From Marsupella aquatica (lineage: Eukaryota; Plantae; Marchantiophyta), in contig OZ316892.1 of the NCBI GenBank assembly GCA_973895155.1, forward strand, positions 17,102,357-17,166,356: DNA of 64,000 nt. The letters are read 5' to 3'. Below, piece after piece: positions 26,061 to 39,293 of this stretch. The notes under the pieces are model-generated. The model was not told where the DNA came from and did not search any database. It worked only from the letters and a program-made list of their open reading frames with translations. Numbering within the stretch: the first letter of the stretch is position 1; the number at the start of each line of letters is the position of its first letter. A program made the position numbers and the translations under genes.

Positions 26061-27580
26061 CCTACGTGCGTAGTAAAGAACCCACAAGTACCCCAACTGA
26101 TGAGAACATTGAAAAGCTAAATTCAAATTGAAATCACTAAATTCTTGACATGCCCTTGAAAGGACCGCAAAACTCCCACTACACGACCTGATATGAAAAT
26201 TGCTTCAAATCTGGAAATGCCAGTGAGTGACACTACCTGTCCAAACAGGAAAGATCATCGGAAGGAACCCGGAAATTAAAGAGTGCAGATGGAAATCCGT
26301 TCCAAATGTTAGATAATGTTCTTCGCTCGTTCGCTTTCTCTACAGTGTTCCAGTCAAGTTCGTGTTCTTTCGCCTCATATTTCTTTCCAATATTTTGCCT
26401 TTTTCTTTTCCTTCCATTGAGTACTCCTTATCATTTCCCTAACTGAAAAATATTCTTCGAACCTGGCTCGGATCAGAAAACACTCAAGACAGACCCACCA
26501 CATCAGAAAGGAGGAGGAAATTGAAACAATCCTTGCTACAGGAGATGTAGCAGGGCCACCAACAATTTGCTCTGTGAATGCTGGCTTCAATAAATTAAGA
26601 GAGCACGAGAACTTTCTCTGTAGCAATGTCAACACGACGAATGACTGGATTGGGACAACGCAGTAAGCCTTGATCGGGATCACTCCCACGAATTAAACCA
26701 ACAAAAAAACGGAGAATGACCTGACAGGCCTGTTCAAATCATCAATAGATACGGGGTTCACGACAGTTTTTGCATGCATTCGCCTCTCCGGCCAATCATG
26801 TTCCCTCGACTACAGTAAGTTTCCAGTGCCCTAACATTCTGGTCAATACACTCACCATGCACTAGAGTTCCAACCAGCAAGAAGCTAGGCCATGGATGGG
26901 TAGGTACCGAGGACGGACATCGAAATATGCGCTAAAGTGCTCTGCTCCGTTTCGAGACTGGTGTACTGCCATTACTGTAGTAGTAGTGTCGATCATTCTC
27001 CTCTAGAATGATAAAGAGCTGCTGCTGACAACAGAACGGAGTCGGAAAGGATAATAATAATCGCTCGCCCACAGGTACGCAGAACATGATGAGAGATGGG
27101 CCAAGAGTAAATGCGAGCATCTCCCATTTCAAATGACTGTAGAAGTGAGCAAACCAAAGTTCCCAATCCTCCCGAGTAAAAAGTAGGTCCCGCCGGCCGG
27201 AGACTATTCCGATGATCTTTCGTCGCTCGGCTCGCCGCAGAGATCGGCAGGAAAACACCCGGACCGTTGTTGGCTACTACTGTCCGCTTTCCTCCTAGGA
27301 GTGAAGGAGTCCTAGGCAGTCACGCGTAGTAACCGTTAAGGACTCGAGGGACGTTGGCCCCACGGCAAGGGTTCCGGGCCGCTCCTGGACAAGAAGAGAT
27401 CCCTGCAATTGAGGGGACCCACGATTATCAAATGTGGGCCGGGGCCGTCTCTCGACTGAGGGCGGACCCGGGACCCCACAGGAACAAGGAGAGGCGATGG
27501 ATGGGACGGTCCCAGGCGAAGGGACGAACGGAGTGACTTCGAAGGCGAGCTTGAGCGGACGTACTGATCGACTCCTCACC

Positions 27581-27610
27581 GACGGACCGACGGACGGACG
27601 GACGGACGGA
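27581..27610. repeat. (GACG)n microsatellite in a GC/CpG-rich promoter-like segment
   Basis: gacggaccgacggacggacggacggacgga. Confidence 0.85.
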
Positions 27611-29323
27611 GAGAGTTCAAACGCGAGAAGTTGACCAGACGTCCCGACCGTTGCGTTGGATAGGATTCAAATGTGTGCGTTGCCGCCAGTCTTGCCGACG
27701 ACTGACATACCGGTGAGCTCCCCTTTCTCCCGGAAGAGACGGAGGCCAAAGGTAGGGACAACTGCCAATGTGCAGAGCGTCGAGTACTGGAGTCGGGCGC
27801 TTCATCGTCATGGTTAGGGAGTCGGACCAGTCGGTGTTGGCCTGTTGGGTGGCTCGACTGACATGCGCCTTCGTCATGACTGTACCGGCCCGGGCGCCGG
27901 GGCGGTGTCGAGTGATGAGGAATCGTTGTAGATCTCACTGTTTTGAAGATGAATCATGCAGAATCTATGGCTTCCCTCTAGACGGTACGCAGTCACCCAC
28001 GTCCGCGCATCTTTGGTCTGGCAGAAGAAGATGGCAGCCTCGTTATCAATAACAATAAATTTCGACCGCTCTGCGATAAGCGGCAGTCTCACTGTCAGAC
28101 TAGCATAATTGATTGGCCCTCCTTGGAAAATTAATGGATCGTGTCTTCGCCGAAGGAAGGGCAAATGACTAGACCGTGGACGACCTAAAATGGACAACTT
28201 TAGTCTCGATACAATTCTACTGGCCTACTACATCCATGCGTGACTGAACAAACAGCTAAGAGGCAGAATTATGAACACAGACAAGCTTCTCATGCGTGTA
28301 TCATTGAGACACTCGTCATTTCTCTGACTATTTGTACAAAATTGGATACGGAACCAAATAACACGGTGAAAACACAGCCAAGGAACTAAATCAAAAGAAC
28401 CCATCCGAAATTGGGTCCTGTGGACGAGTGCTGAGAGTGACCAGGACCTCGTTTAGCGCATGCAATCACCTTCTGGACATGAAGGAAAGACGAGAATGCG
28501 ACCATTACCCCTTGTTTTCCCACCAAAAAGATCATTTTCCGATTCGCACCTCACAGTGATCAGCACCCGCCTTCGCTGAAGTACACAACAGGAAGGAACA
28601 GACAAGGTCCACCCTCCCCGTTACCAGGATGCCGTTCTCTATGGCAATCTGATAGGAACCAACAGAAAACAGATGCTTGCAGCTCTACGCAGAAGATAAG
28701 ATCAGAAAGGTCCATAGATCCATTTCCGATCTCTTGGTCCGCATGTCATCTGCTGCCACAATCTTCAGGGAGTTGAATTCCAGACGGAACTAAATGCAAA
28801 ATGTGTGACCGGCCACCTAGTGTAATTTATCACCACCAAGAACAACCCAAAAAGGGCCCTTGTCCCATAAAGTGAAGCTATATTACATGAATAATGCTAG
28901 ACGAGAGGAGGGTGGCATTTGGATTTTGCAAAAGCATATGCAAGATTTCCAGGAGGAAGGCCCATGGGAACCTTGTTTCCGCAGCCTCGTTGCTACTGCC
29001 GGCTGTTCTCCTCTTTCTAGTAGTGAATTCAGTAAGCCGAATTCAGTAAGCCGTGCGCTGAAGGGAGTTCTGACTGCTTCTGTCAGGAACTTGCCCCTTT
29101 ACACTTCAAGCCCGCGGTAAGAGGAGACTTTGAGGAAATTTCCAACTCACGCAGATAGATACTGCCAGGAAATTTCCGCTTTTACCTGACAAGCCTGCAC
29201 TAGAGGAAAACAGATGAACGGGTTCCCTCCTAACCCATGCAGATTGATTCTTCCAGGAACTTGCGTCATTAAGTACGAGCCTGTTTTTAGAGGAAGAAAA
29301 TGAAGCTTTCATAATACTTCTCT

Positions 29324-32300
29324 TCAGGTAGAACCAAGCCGAGCAGAATCCAGGGGACCTGTTAACAATGGCCGATTTCTCTCATGTTGAATTTGGACTA
29401 AGTGCGTGCTCAAGCTGCGCTCCTCTATCTGCCAACAACAGGGTCAGGTAAACTATCACCCACTAGACTATAATCCAAGCTGTGCTTGCCAGACACACAA
29501 ACAGTTGCCTATGAAAAATTCAACTGCAAGCAGAATCATTCAAGGTTTATACCTCTAGTGCTGCTGCGGTGGATAATAATTCTCCGCACTCAGCTAGCAG
29601 AGCTCTCTCTTGTGCTGCCGTGTCGGCAAGTTGGGCAACTAGTGTATCCATGCTTTCTGCCTGGCAAAATGATAATGAGACAAAATGAAAATTTGCAGTA
29701 ACAAACAAATCAAGAGGACCTCCTGGTATGGGCGGTGCTCACAAAAGCGATTTGTCAAGGTTAATAATCATGTACAAGCTAAATGAACCTCTACCCCATG
29801 GCCTCTTTGGACGACGTACCTTCGGTAATAAATTCTTCACAGATAACTCTACAGCATTCATGACATCCACAGCAGAACCAAGAGCATCTTTCACAGCTTG
29901 GACATCTGCCTGCCATCACAGTGAAAGACAATCAAGAGTATTGAGTATGTTAAGCAGCTAGTGCTTCGCAATTGCAAACGGAATCAAAGGCAAGAACCTT
30001 GACCATTTCAATCTCTCTTGTGAAGGTACATACCCTGGCACCCCCTGTAACAGGGACTCTAAGAATGGAAGCCTCTAGAGCTTCTACAACTCCAAAAAGT
30101 GCAGCTGCATGATCGTTCTTCAATGATGCCCAGGACTGTAGTTGTGGAGCCTGGAACAAGAGCAATTTGTCAGCAACCGTGGAGAGCATTCGCACAACAA
30201 ATATATCAATGAAACGAGGGGCCTTGGAAATGGTCCATTACTATCCTGGTCACATGACACTGATTTGCATTCGACGATATATACTATCATAGTCAGTCGC
30301 CCGTTGACAGGAAAAATTTGCCTCCGCCATCAATTCCCAAAGGTGTCAGACAGTAATAAGTTCTGATCCAACTGATAGAACTCCATTCCTCATACATATA
30401 ATGAAACAAAAATCTGGGTCGCAAAGATTACTCCCCGCGAAGCACCATAGAGAGGGAAATGCTTCAGACCATGGTCCTAACGAAACTGAGAAGGAAAATA
30501 AAAAACAAATAGAACCATTGTACAGTTTTGGAACAGGATACACTAGTCGAGATCCATCATGTTTCAATACCACGTTAAATGAATGGATGAAATCCTACGA
30601 TTATAGCGACCACTTCCTAAATTTCCTCCCTGTCGGAGGGATGGAATATCAGACAGCAATCACTATTTATTACCTAGCAACAGGACTGAACGGAATCAAT
30701 TGCGTTACCTGATGTGAAAGAATCGTTTTCAGTTTATGGAAGTGTTTAGCTTGTTGCAACTTTATTCGTTGTGTCGCTACTGAAGCTCGCAACTCAGATG
30801 TTTTTATCCACACATTGTACAAAGATTTCTGCAAACATCATATCGAAGGAAAAATGCTGGTAAGGGTACATTCATGTACTTCTTTGGATACTAATTCCCA
30901 GTAACCTAAAACCCAGGAAGAACTACAACGCATTCGTCTTCATCCAACAGTGTCCGCACTAGTGACTACACATACATTGCATGCAACAGTTGATGTCTCA
31001 GAAGTGTTCTGTCACAAGGTTCAGAAATTTACGACGTTCGAGATTATGATTCCTGCTCCCCATCAACAGATGCCAGTGCGCCAAGCATCATATCGAAATA
31101 AACGAGACTCCAACCATACCCTGTACTTGACACTTAGCAAGGAAACTAAAAACATGAACATACATGACTGGTCATGACAGCGTTTCTATCCCATTGACAC
31201 CCGTGGAACCTGGGCACTTCATGCCAAAGAGCGGCAGACTCTGAGTCCGATTGAATGGTTGAGATTTTTAAAAGAGGCTTTCTGGACGAGTAATATATAT
31301 GCCAGTCAAAACTGGAGGTAACAGAATGATGATATAAGACTGTTGACACCCAACGTTCTCTCCCGCGACCATATGGGTTTGGGACGGAGATTCTCTGGGT
31401 CCGAGCAAAATCTGAACTGGGAGGACCGTTGTTAGGGGTGTTCACGTATTTAAGCCACAACACATCATGACTCTTTGACAGAAGTGATCTCTGACCAGGT
31501 GAATCTGGACAGGGCTTCCCGGGGGACATTTTGAGCACATTCCACCGAGAAATCTTTCGAACCACAATCCCTCTTCGTCAGACTCACTAAGCTAAATTGC
31601 GAGTGTTCCAGTACTCTCTACAAAGACCTGCCTTAACCAAAATCCTCAGATTTCGTCAATGTGTGAAACTGCAGCAACCCTGTCGGACATCTCAATAGAC
31701 AACGACCTCTGCTGTTAATTCAGCTCCCAATTCTCAAACTAATGAACTCCCCAAAAAAACGTTCCTGGAATAAATACATTGCAAGTGCAGGGGCATAGTG
31801 CAGGCAAAACTTTTAGGGGTTCGCTCGACACACCAATACGTTAAGTCGTTTTTAAGTCGAATACCAACTTCAGCAACGTAGGACAATTGAGTGTAATTGA
31901 AGACAAACCTCTGCTGCAGCTCGTTGTGATTGCAACGCGGTATCCGCGCGGGCATTGATGAATCTCCACTGCAAATATCTGTTGTGAAGAATGCGGAGGA
32001 GAAGAGCCTCCTCTTGCTGGCTCATAGCCTTCTTTCCTCTACTACGCAAGTCTGTCCCAAAATTTAGAGTGCTAATCGCGGACGTCCGGCTGGCAACGGT
32101 GGAGCCATTGGGTGGAGGTGGTCTCGTTCTTGTAGGACTTGGCAATCCCCGCAAAGGAGAAGATCCTCCTCTTCCGCGGGCAGGAGACACAGGTGGCTGA
32201 GATGATGTTACCGGTATGATATTGCGAGCAGAAGAAAGGGACCAAGCGGAGCTCGATGAAGTGGCATTGGATGCCGTTCCTACTGAAGCTAATTTCCTCG

Positions 32301-33693
32301 CAGCTTTGACTGCTGATGAAATGTCTTGCTCGGACATAGAAGAACGCAATCGATTCCCTTCGGACAAACGACGTGATCTACTAGCTTCTGCAGCTTGCCA
32401 AACACGAGCTGGTACCGTCGTGCCCTTAGAGGATGACATCCTTGACCCTGTCCCCGATCCTCCTGAGGAGACACTTTCTGAATCTGAAATTGTATCACCT
32501 ACACCGGGTTGGGAATCAGAACCGGCCAACACTGCCGACACTACTTCCTGCGATGATTTCCTCACAAAGCTATCACGGGAGCCCTCACGAGAGTTTTCAC
32601 GAGAATTCGCACTTTCAGAACGGGGCTTTTCAGTACTCTTGAGTGGGGTTTCCACAACCATTCGGCTTCTTGCTCTCCGTTCGGGAGTCGAGCTTCTCGA
32701 GCTGACCGAGGAGACCTGTCCGATCGGGCTTTCATTCACAGAGCGGGTGAAGTTCCTGGCAGAGGCGATGAGAGAAGAGGCTGTCGGTCTGGCAGGTCGA
32801 GATGCACTACTACTTCCATAACCACTGCTCACGATTCCGTACCCGCTACTAGTTACAGTGCGCCCTGGTGTTGTGAAGGTAGATGATCGATTCAGCGATT
32901 GCCTATCTCTCTCTGCACTGAGATCCATGCTTCTGGTGATCGCTGCCCCAAATACCTTCCCGTTGCTGCTGCCGGGCCATCTCTGAAGGTCAGGCTTGGT
33001 GCGAAGGTAATCTGGTCGAGCATTCTCCGTTTGATCCGTGCTTTGCCGCCGCATCGGCGATCCTTTCCGCTGCGGAGGTATTCCGGTTGAATCGACGGAT
33101 CTGTGAATGCCATTAGCTGCTGGCTTAAGCGAATTGTTGAGAGGACTCCTCTCGGCAGCTGGGCGAGGGGACTTTTCTTCGGCATTTTCAGTTGCGTGGC
33201 CATTGGAGGACTCACCTTGTTTGGATTGACTCGATGGCCAAAGAAGTTCCGGTCCTCGCCCTGACAATCGAGTCTTCGACGTTGGCAAAAAGCCATCCGC
33301 TGATGGACTTGTGGAGGTAGGTGAAGACGTCTTCGATTCTGGGCTAGCAGTGGGCCACGGTCGTCTTCTCTCTGCAGAGAGAGCGCGTTTGGGAACGGAA
33401 GGATCCCCGGCGGAAAGTGACCTGCCTAGATTGGGAGAAGGATGGCGACGAGCTGCAGCCGCTGCTACTTGAGCGACAGCGGCAGCTGTAGCAGCCGCAG
33501 TGGACGAAGTAGTCGACGCAGCTTTATAGCGGGAGGTGATCTCTCGATTTTTGGCCTTGCGCATTCCGCCATTGCTCTTCTCTGACACAGCCAAAGGTGC
33601 CCTTCCATCATCAGACAATGCCTTCTCTTGTTCTTGCTGATCACGACGCAGCGGCGCTGCAGGCTGAGAAGATGATGAATCAGCGGCAACCAT
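29324..33693 (-). CDS. QWRF-motif microtubule-associated protein (AUGMIN8/SCO3/EDE1 family), 6 exons: 33693-31909, 30828-30709, 30150-30034, 29909-29820, 29660-29553, 29428-29324
   Basis: The N-terminus has REITSRY and RALSAERRRP followed by a Ser-rich region. Then come LRILHNRYLQWRFINARA, SLYNVW..ELRASV, ALEASILRVPVTGGARAD, QERALLAEC and EERSLSTHLVQ. All introns are GT-AG, phase 0. Confidence 0.95.
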
Positions 33694-36169
33694 GATCAGT
33701 TCCACCGATGGATGCCTTCCCTCCCTTCTAGCTCCCGTTCGACTAATCTACTGTGCCTCAGAAGGTTCGACTTCACGGCCCTGAAGTTGATTTTTCCACT
33801 GTCGTTCCCTCCCATTGCATTACCTTGTCAATGCAACATTCCCGCTGTTCCGTTCTTGATCACCGAGTCACGCTTCAATTACCGCGCTAACATCCTAATA
33901 CCGACCTGTAACGCGAAGCTTCCAATCATTCCCGAGAACTGTAGAGTACATAACCGCCAATCCGGAGATCTCGGCCCCGAGCCTCACTGAAAGTGCTGCA
34001 CCTATCTACGCCTTCTTCTTCGCTTGCTGTAACCACACATTGGAGATCTTCACAACTTCTGAATGAAATTCCAGATACTACATTCCTCTTCCCCTACGCT
34101 CCACCGCGCCTTAGCCCCCCCTCGTGTCATATCCTTTCAGCTCAAAGAACACAAATCATTCATCCACTATACCGGAACTTCCTCGGACCCGTACTGCCTC
34201 ATCTCATCAAACCAAGAACACGGAAGAAAAACACAGACACTCAAATCGAATATCTTCTCATGTTTTAACCTCTGCCCCGGAAGACAAAACGAGACAAGAG
34301 GATGTGAGGTACTCGGCCAGACCAGACTATCTCACGGACAATGGACGGGAGGATCACCCAACTCGTTGCACACGACGACGAAGAAATGGCGACCACGACA
34401 ACAAGCTAGATGCAGCAGATCAAAACTACGACTGCTCATGAGCCCAATGAGAATACGAGAAAAATCCCCAGCGACGACGGATGTACATTACGGGCTTTCA
34501 CAAATCAGCAACGCCTCGCTCCCCACCAGGATTCATTCATAGTAATCGGACCAGACGCATGGATGCCTGCTCCGCTCATTCCCTTCTCCCTTTCTCCTTC
34601 CTGCCTCCTACTCTCAGTCATCAGTCACTTTTTTTCATGACTATGATATGCGCACTCGCTCTCTCTCTTTTGCCGGCTTCCGCCTGCAAGTGTCGTCCGG
34701 GGCACTACCAAAGCCAAACCTCGATTTCCTTGCTTTTCGATGCAGTGCGTGCCTACCCCACACGAAGTAGCGACAACCAACGACAACATGGAGAACAAAA
34801 TACTACGCCCCCACCGAATCCATCGAACACAACGAACAACGTCAGCTGTTGAGCAGTCTCACGTCCGACTTCCCTCACCCCGTTTCTTTTTCGCTTCCTC
34901 CAATCCTTGGATTTCTTTCCGCTCGTTCGGCTCTTTCCTCCCGTGCGCGCCGTAAAGGATTACACAGTACCAGGGTTACCGGTAAAATCCTGCCGGTTAA
35001 CAACTCCTGTAGGAGGGCATTGCAACCACCGTCTGAATCAGTCGCGGTGTTCCGTGGCTCCCTGGTCCCCCGGTTAAGGTACGCACGGGGACAGGAAGGC
35101 AAACCCCAAGGGGGGCTGCATTGGGAACCCGGCCCCACGCGGAGAACTTATGAACCGTGAGCTTTTCCTACCTTCATCTAACGGGGTTTTATGAGCTTTT
35201 ACTACTTCATGCATGCAAGCGATTGCTAAGGGGGTTTTTACACTAAGAATGATTGGAAGGACGTTTCCTCATTTTTCTCACTCATTTTTCTCACTGAATG
35301 ATGCTTTTCTACCGGCAATACCAATACCGTCTATAAGTGCATTCCGTGATTGGCCTCGTGGTAGTCCTCTAGTATTACAAATTGATAGTTCCCTTAGTAT
35401 TAGGGTCTGGTCTAGCGTCACTACCAAGATCTCCATTGTAGTACATAATTATTATTGTCTGAATTTTTATTACTAAACGCGCAAGAGATTATGAATAAGA
35501 TATACCTCCAAGAATGACTACACAACAATAACCCACACTGTGTACAGAAATTACAAATTGGTAGATTCTCATTAAAGAACAGATATGTAACTACGTTCAG
35601 TCTATGAGAGTACACATATATGATTCTAATTTATGAACAATCAACTCCATAAATTGAACCAATTCAGTTGAACCGTGCAATATGAGAACTCAAGGTATGA
35701 GGAGTCCCTTGTGTATCACAAATGAGGAAGTGCATAAGTAATTTCCCATGCACTAATTTGGTAGTGCAATCATGCAGATATGGATATCCCATGCACTCAT
35801 AACAGTGCATACCATGTGTAAGTCCATGGTTGGGGCGTATTATTGGGTCCTGCACTTAGACACAATAGACTGCCTCCTAATGCCATCAATTTTTGGATGG
35901 TTGGTATCTTGTATCACAAAATGAATAGGGGTTCAGAATTGCAAGTTGGTCATTTGATTCCCAACATTTGCCACCAAAAGCAACACTTGGTATAGCCCAC
36001 CTTTCTAACCCCACAAGAGACAGCTGGTTTGTATCTTTCACACAACACTCCCAATAAGCTTGGACCAAGTCATAGTTTGAGTTGCACACCATTGCACCAG
36101 AAGTTAAGCTTGAGCATCCTTGACAGAATTGACAACAATTGGTGAGCCATGTTGGTACTTAGCTCTAGC

Positions 36170-37430
36170 ACCATGTCTAGCCACTGGTTAGGTTAACTAG
36201 AGCACAATGTAACCTTGGTTAAGGATTTTTGAGGTTAGTCTAGTGGAGAGACACTATACCCTAGGGCAACAATCCTTTGTGCTCATACTAGATATCAGTC
36301 TTCAGGAGTTGGAGACTAGGGGGAGAGAAGCTAGAGGAACACTCATAGAGCAGGAGGCTTGTTAATTAGTTTATCAGGATGTTTGGTGTTGTACAACTTA
36401 AGTGTTTTCTTCTCTCAAACATGGACGTAGCTTGGATTGGGTGAACTGCATATCACTGTGTTGGTGTTGTTTATCTGTTTACACTGGTTTGATGTGATGC
36501 CTTGCTATCCATTATTAATTGTTACTACTTGTGCTAATGTGCATCAGGCCAACTTGGAATAGGGTGGTAAGTCTACTTGCACAGAGCTCTCCAAGTGATC
36601 CTTTTAACTTAGCCAATTGGTTAAGAGTAACCTTTAAAGGACCAGTAGTTTATTGTTTTAGAAGAGCAATCTCAACCACATACCTTGAAAAACCATTGAA
36701 CTACATGGAAGTGAGCGGGCCCAAGGGCAACACCCCCTTTTTTAGGTGAAACTTTAAACTACCTCAAGAGGTGATATTATGGTTATTTGTTGCAGCCTCT
36801 TCTGTTTGCATTGAATGTATTTTGGATACTAGTGATTCCCTTCATTTCAAGTTTGGAGCCTTATTTTAGCCTTCAGACTTGTTTTGCTCATTTTGGTGTG
36901 AGTAATATAGACAGATGAACAGCACTTCAAAGTCAAGCCACCCCAATAACAATAAAAATAAAGAATGAAATGCCATTCTTCAAGGAGTCACAAGAACTCC
37001 CAAGAATCATCAAATCTAAATCTACTCATACAAGGTCCGTGAGCAAAGATGAGAACAAAGAGCTCTTCAATTTGGTCACACCAAGACTGCACAAACATCT
37101 CCGTCTCTAAACTTTGTGCTGTCCATCTCCCTCCTTGGATTTTCTACCTATTTCATTCAAACATACTCTATCATTGCTACCCTACCCTCTAATACCAACC
37201 ACTTGGAGTGAGAAGTCTCTCGGACCTAGCTTCTAGGACATATTTGTGTTTCAAATATCTTGCCTCCATAACACTTGATAAAATTTGGACGAATCTCTGT
37301 TCACACCCTTTAAGCTGAAATGTGACCCTAACATGCTCAAATTCAGCAACATAGAAACATTTCAACAACTTTTCTAGGAAAACCTCAAGACCTACTTTCC
37401 ATACCAACCCTGGTAAAGCTCAGGGATTAA
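36170..37430. mobile_element. Possible highly decayed LTR-retrotransposon remnants
   Basis: LTR-like motifs are present (gacgtagc...gaac; cacccccttttttagg...ca near 36730-36770). A degenerate tRNA-Met PBS-like ctctaatacca lies at 37187-37197 (minus). No paired LTR or coding domain was recognised. Confidence 0.25.
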
Positions 37431-38660
37431 CTTACTCTAGACTTAGGAAAATAATGCCCCGGCCCATACTTAGATACCTTCACGTTCACACTATTGCTTG
37501 GAAAATCCACACCTACCTCTCAGTTAACCAGCTTATTTTTCTTTAGGCAAGTCAGTTGAATGCCACCAATAGGGAGATACTCGATTGGAAAAGCTTTCTG
37601 GTTATTTAATCAAATCCACATGGAACTAGCCAACAACAACCAAGGCTGGAAACCACATAATAGATTCATGGGACACTCCCAATGACCATGACTAGAGCAA
37701 TATGACTGCTACTACGACTAATTGATTTGCTTCACACTTCAAGGGGATCCACTGATGGGCAATTGTGTACTTGCAGGTGATGGGTGGACCTAGCAGTGGC
37801 GTGAGAAGAAAGCATGGAATCTTCCAGCTTAAATGTGGGGGTCACAATGTTGCAGCCACATTGTACTCGTCTTGTGCAAAACTTGATTGTGTGTTGGTTC
37901 TCCATCAACTCTCAAGTTCTCTAGAGGAGTTACTTCAGTTGATTCATTGTGGGAAAGGTTGCTCCTCTTCGCCTCCTCTCCCAATGTGTTGGTGTAGCTA
38001 GGGGTTTTCTATAGTTTGTGTGCTTTCAATTGGGAAGTGACTGATGTCAAGTCTGCTGCTTGTCAAGGACACCTTGAAACGACTAAACATATGTTCTACA
38101 ACTGCCCATGGCTTTGACCACGTTAAACTCAACTTGAACACATTGCCATGGGCACCAATTTGAGAGAGGGTGCATGTTAGTCATTCGTTGTGAATCAAGG
38201 TTGATAGTGTGACTATTTGGTCATAAAAAGTGCAACCCTGGTTTTCTCCTTGTCATTCACAAGATGGTTAGCAGCATTGATCTAGATTGAGCAATGACAA
38301 TGCACATTTCAAGCTCCTAATCTCCCTGGTGATGCTATGAATATTCATGCTCCTTTGCAATGTATGATAATGTGCAAAAGGTAGGAGCTAGCGCCAGTGT
38401 TGACTGAAAATCAGTGAGATGGTTATGCAAACAAGCATAAACAATCATCCACCAATGGTAGCACAACTACTTTTTGAGATTTTCCATCGACAGGCTTGGT
38501 GTCATGTCCTAGGTAGGACAATGAGTAGCCATTATGAGTGCGATGCTGCTTGCATGCCTATGGGCAATTTGGCGGTATTTAGCAGTGCAACACACCCCAC
38601 AACACACACCACTATGGGTAGGGATAATTCCATTGTCAACAAACCAATGTTGATGTATTG

Positions 38661-39293
38661 TACTCCTCATTTCCCTAGCACTGAGTGGTGGACCTAGCCC
38701 GCCAACACCCTCACCAAACCCAATACTCTTGCCTTAATACTCTTGGTGCCCAAATGCCTACATGGAACTCCACAAGCAAGCAACACGATGTGTCTAGCTA
38801 TCACCGCCAGCGGCAACTCCCATACGAAGCCGCACTCGCTCCTTAGTACGAATGTCGCTTAACGGACTCTACTATTTGCACAAGCAACCAACCCATCAAT
38901 AAGAAATACGCCTTGATCTTGGATCTTAAAGTCATTATCTCATCTCAAGCTCAACACTTGCTAGCAAGTAGGTTGGCAGATAGAGCCTCCCAGGTCTGCT
39001 TGGCCTTGCCATAAGCTGAAGCTAAGGTTCACACCCAATATTTGTCTAGAATAGCCTCTACCAGGCATATTACTTACCAATGAGGTTGGTTGTTTGTGCA
39101 GACAGTAGAGGCTGTTGAGTAACGGTTGTGCTGAGGAGCGAGTGTGACTTTGTATGGGAGTGTGACAAAGGCACCAAGTTGCTTGCTTGTGGAGTTCCAT
39201 GGAGGCGTTTGGGCACCAAGAATGCTAAGGCAAGAATACTGGGTTTGGTGAGAGTGTTGGGTGGCTAGGTCCACCACTTAATCTAGAGGAGCA
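38661..39293. repeat. Long imperfect inverted repeat (arms about 38661-38918 and 39060-39293, spacer about 140 bp)
   Basis: agtggtggacctagcc...catggaactccacaagcaagcaac...cactcgctcct is the reverse complement of aggagcgagtg...gttgcttgcttgtggagttccatg...ggctaggtccaccact. Confidence 0.92.

Noticed and set aside
31991-33296. Antisense and alternate-frame ORFs (e.g. 32216-32821 +, 201 aa)
   Set aside because: They are shadows of the Ser/Ala-rich QWRF exon 1 and have no independent motifs.
33712-35160. Cluster of plus-strand ORFs (up to 159 aa)
   Set aside because: They lie antisense to the probable QWRF 5' leader and promoter, with no coding hallmarks.
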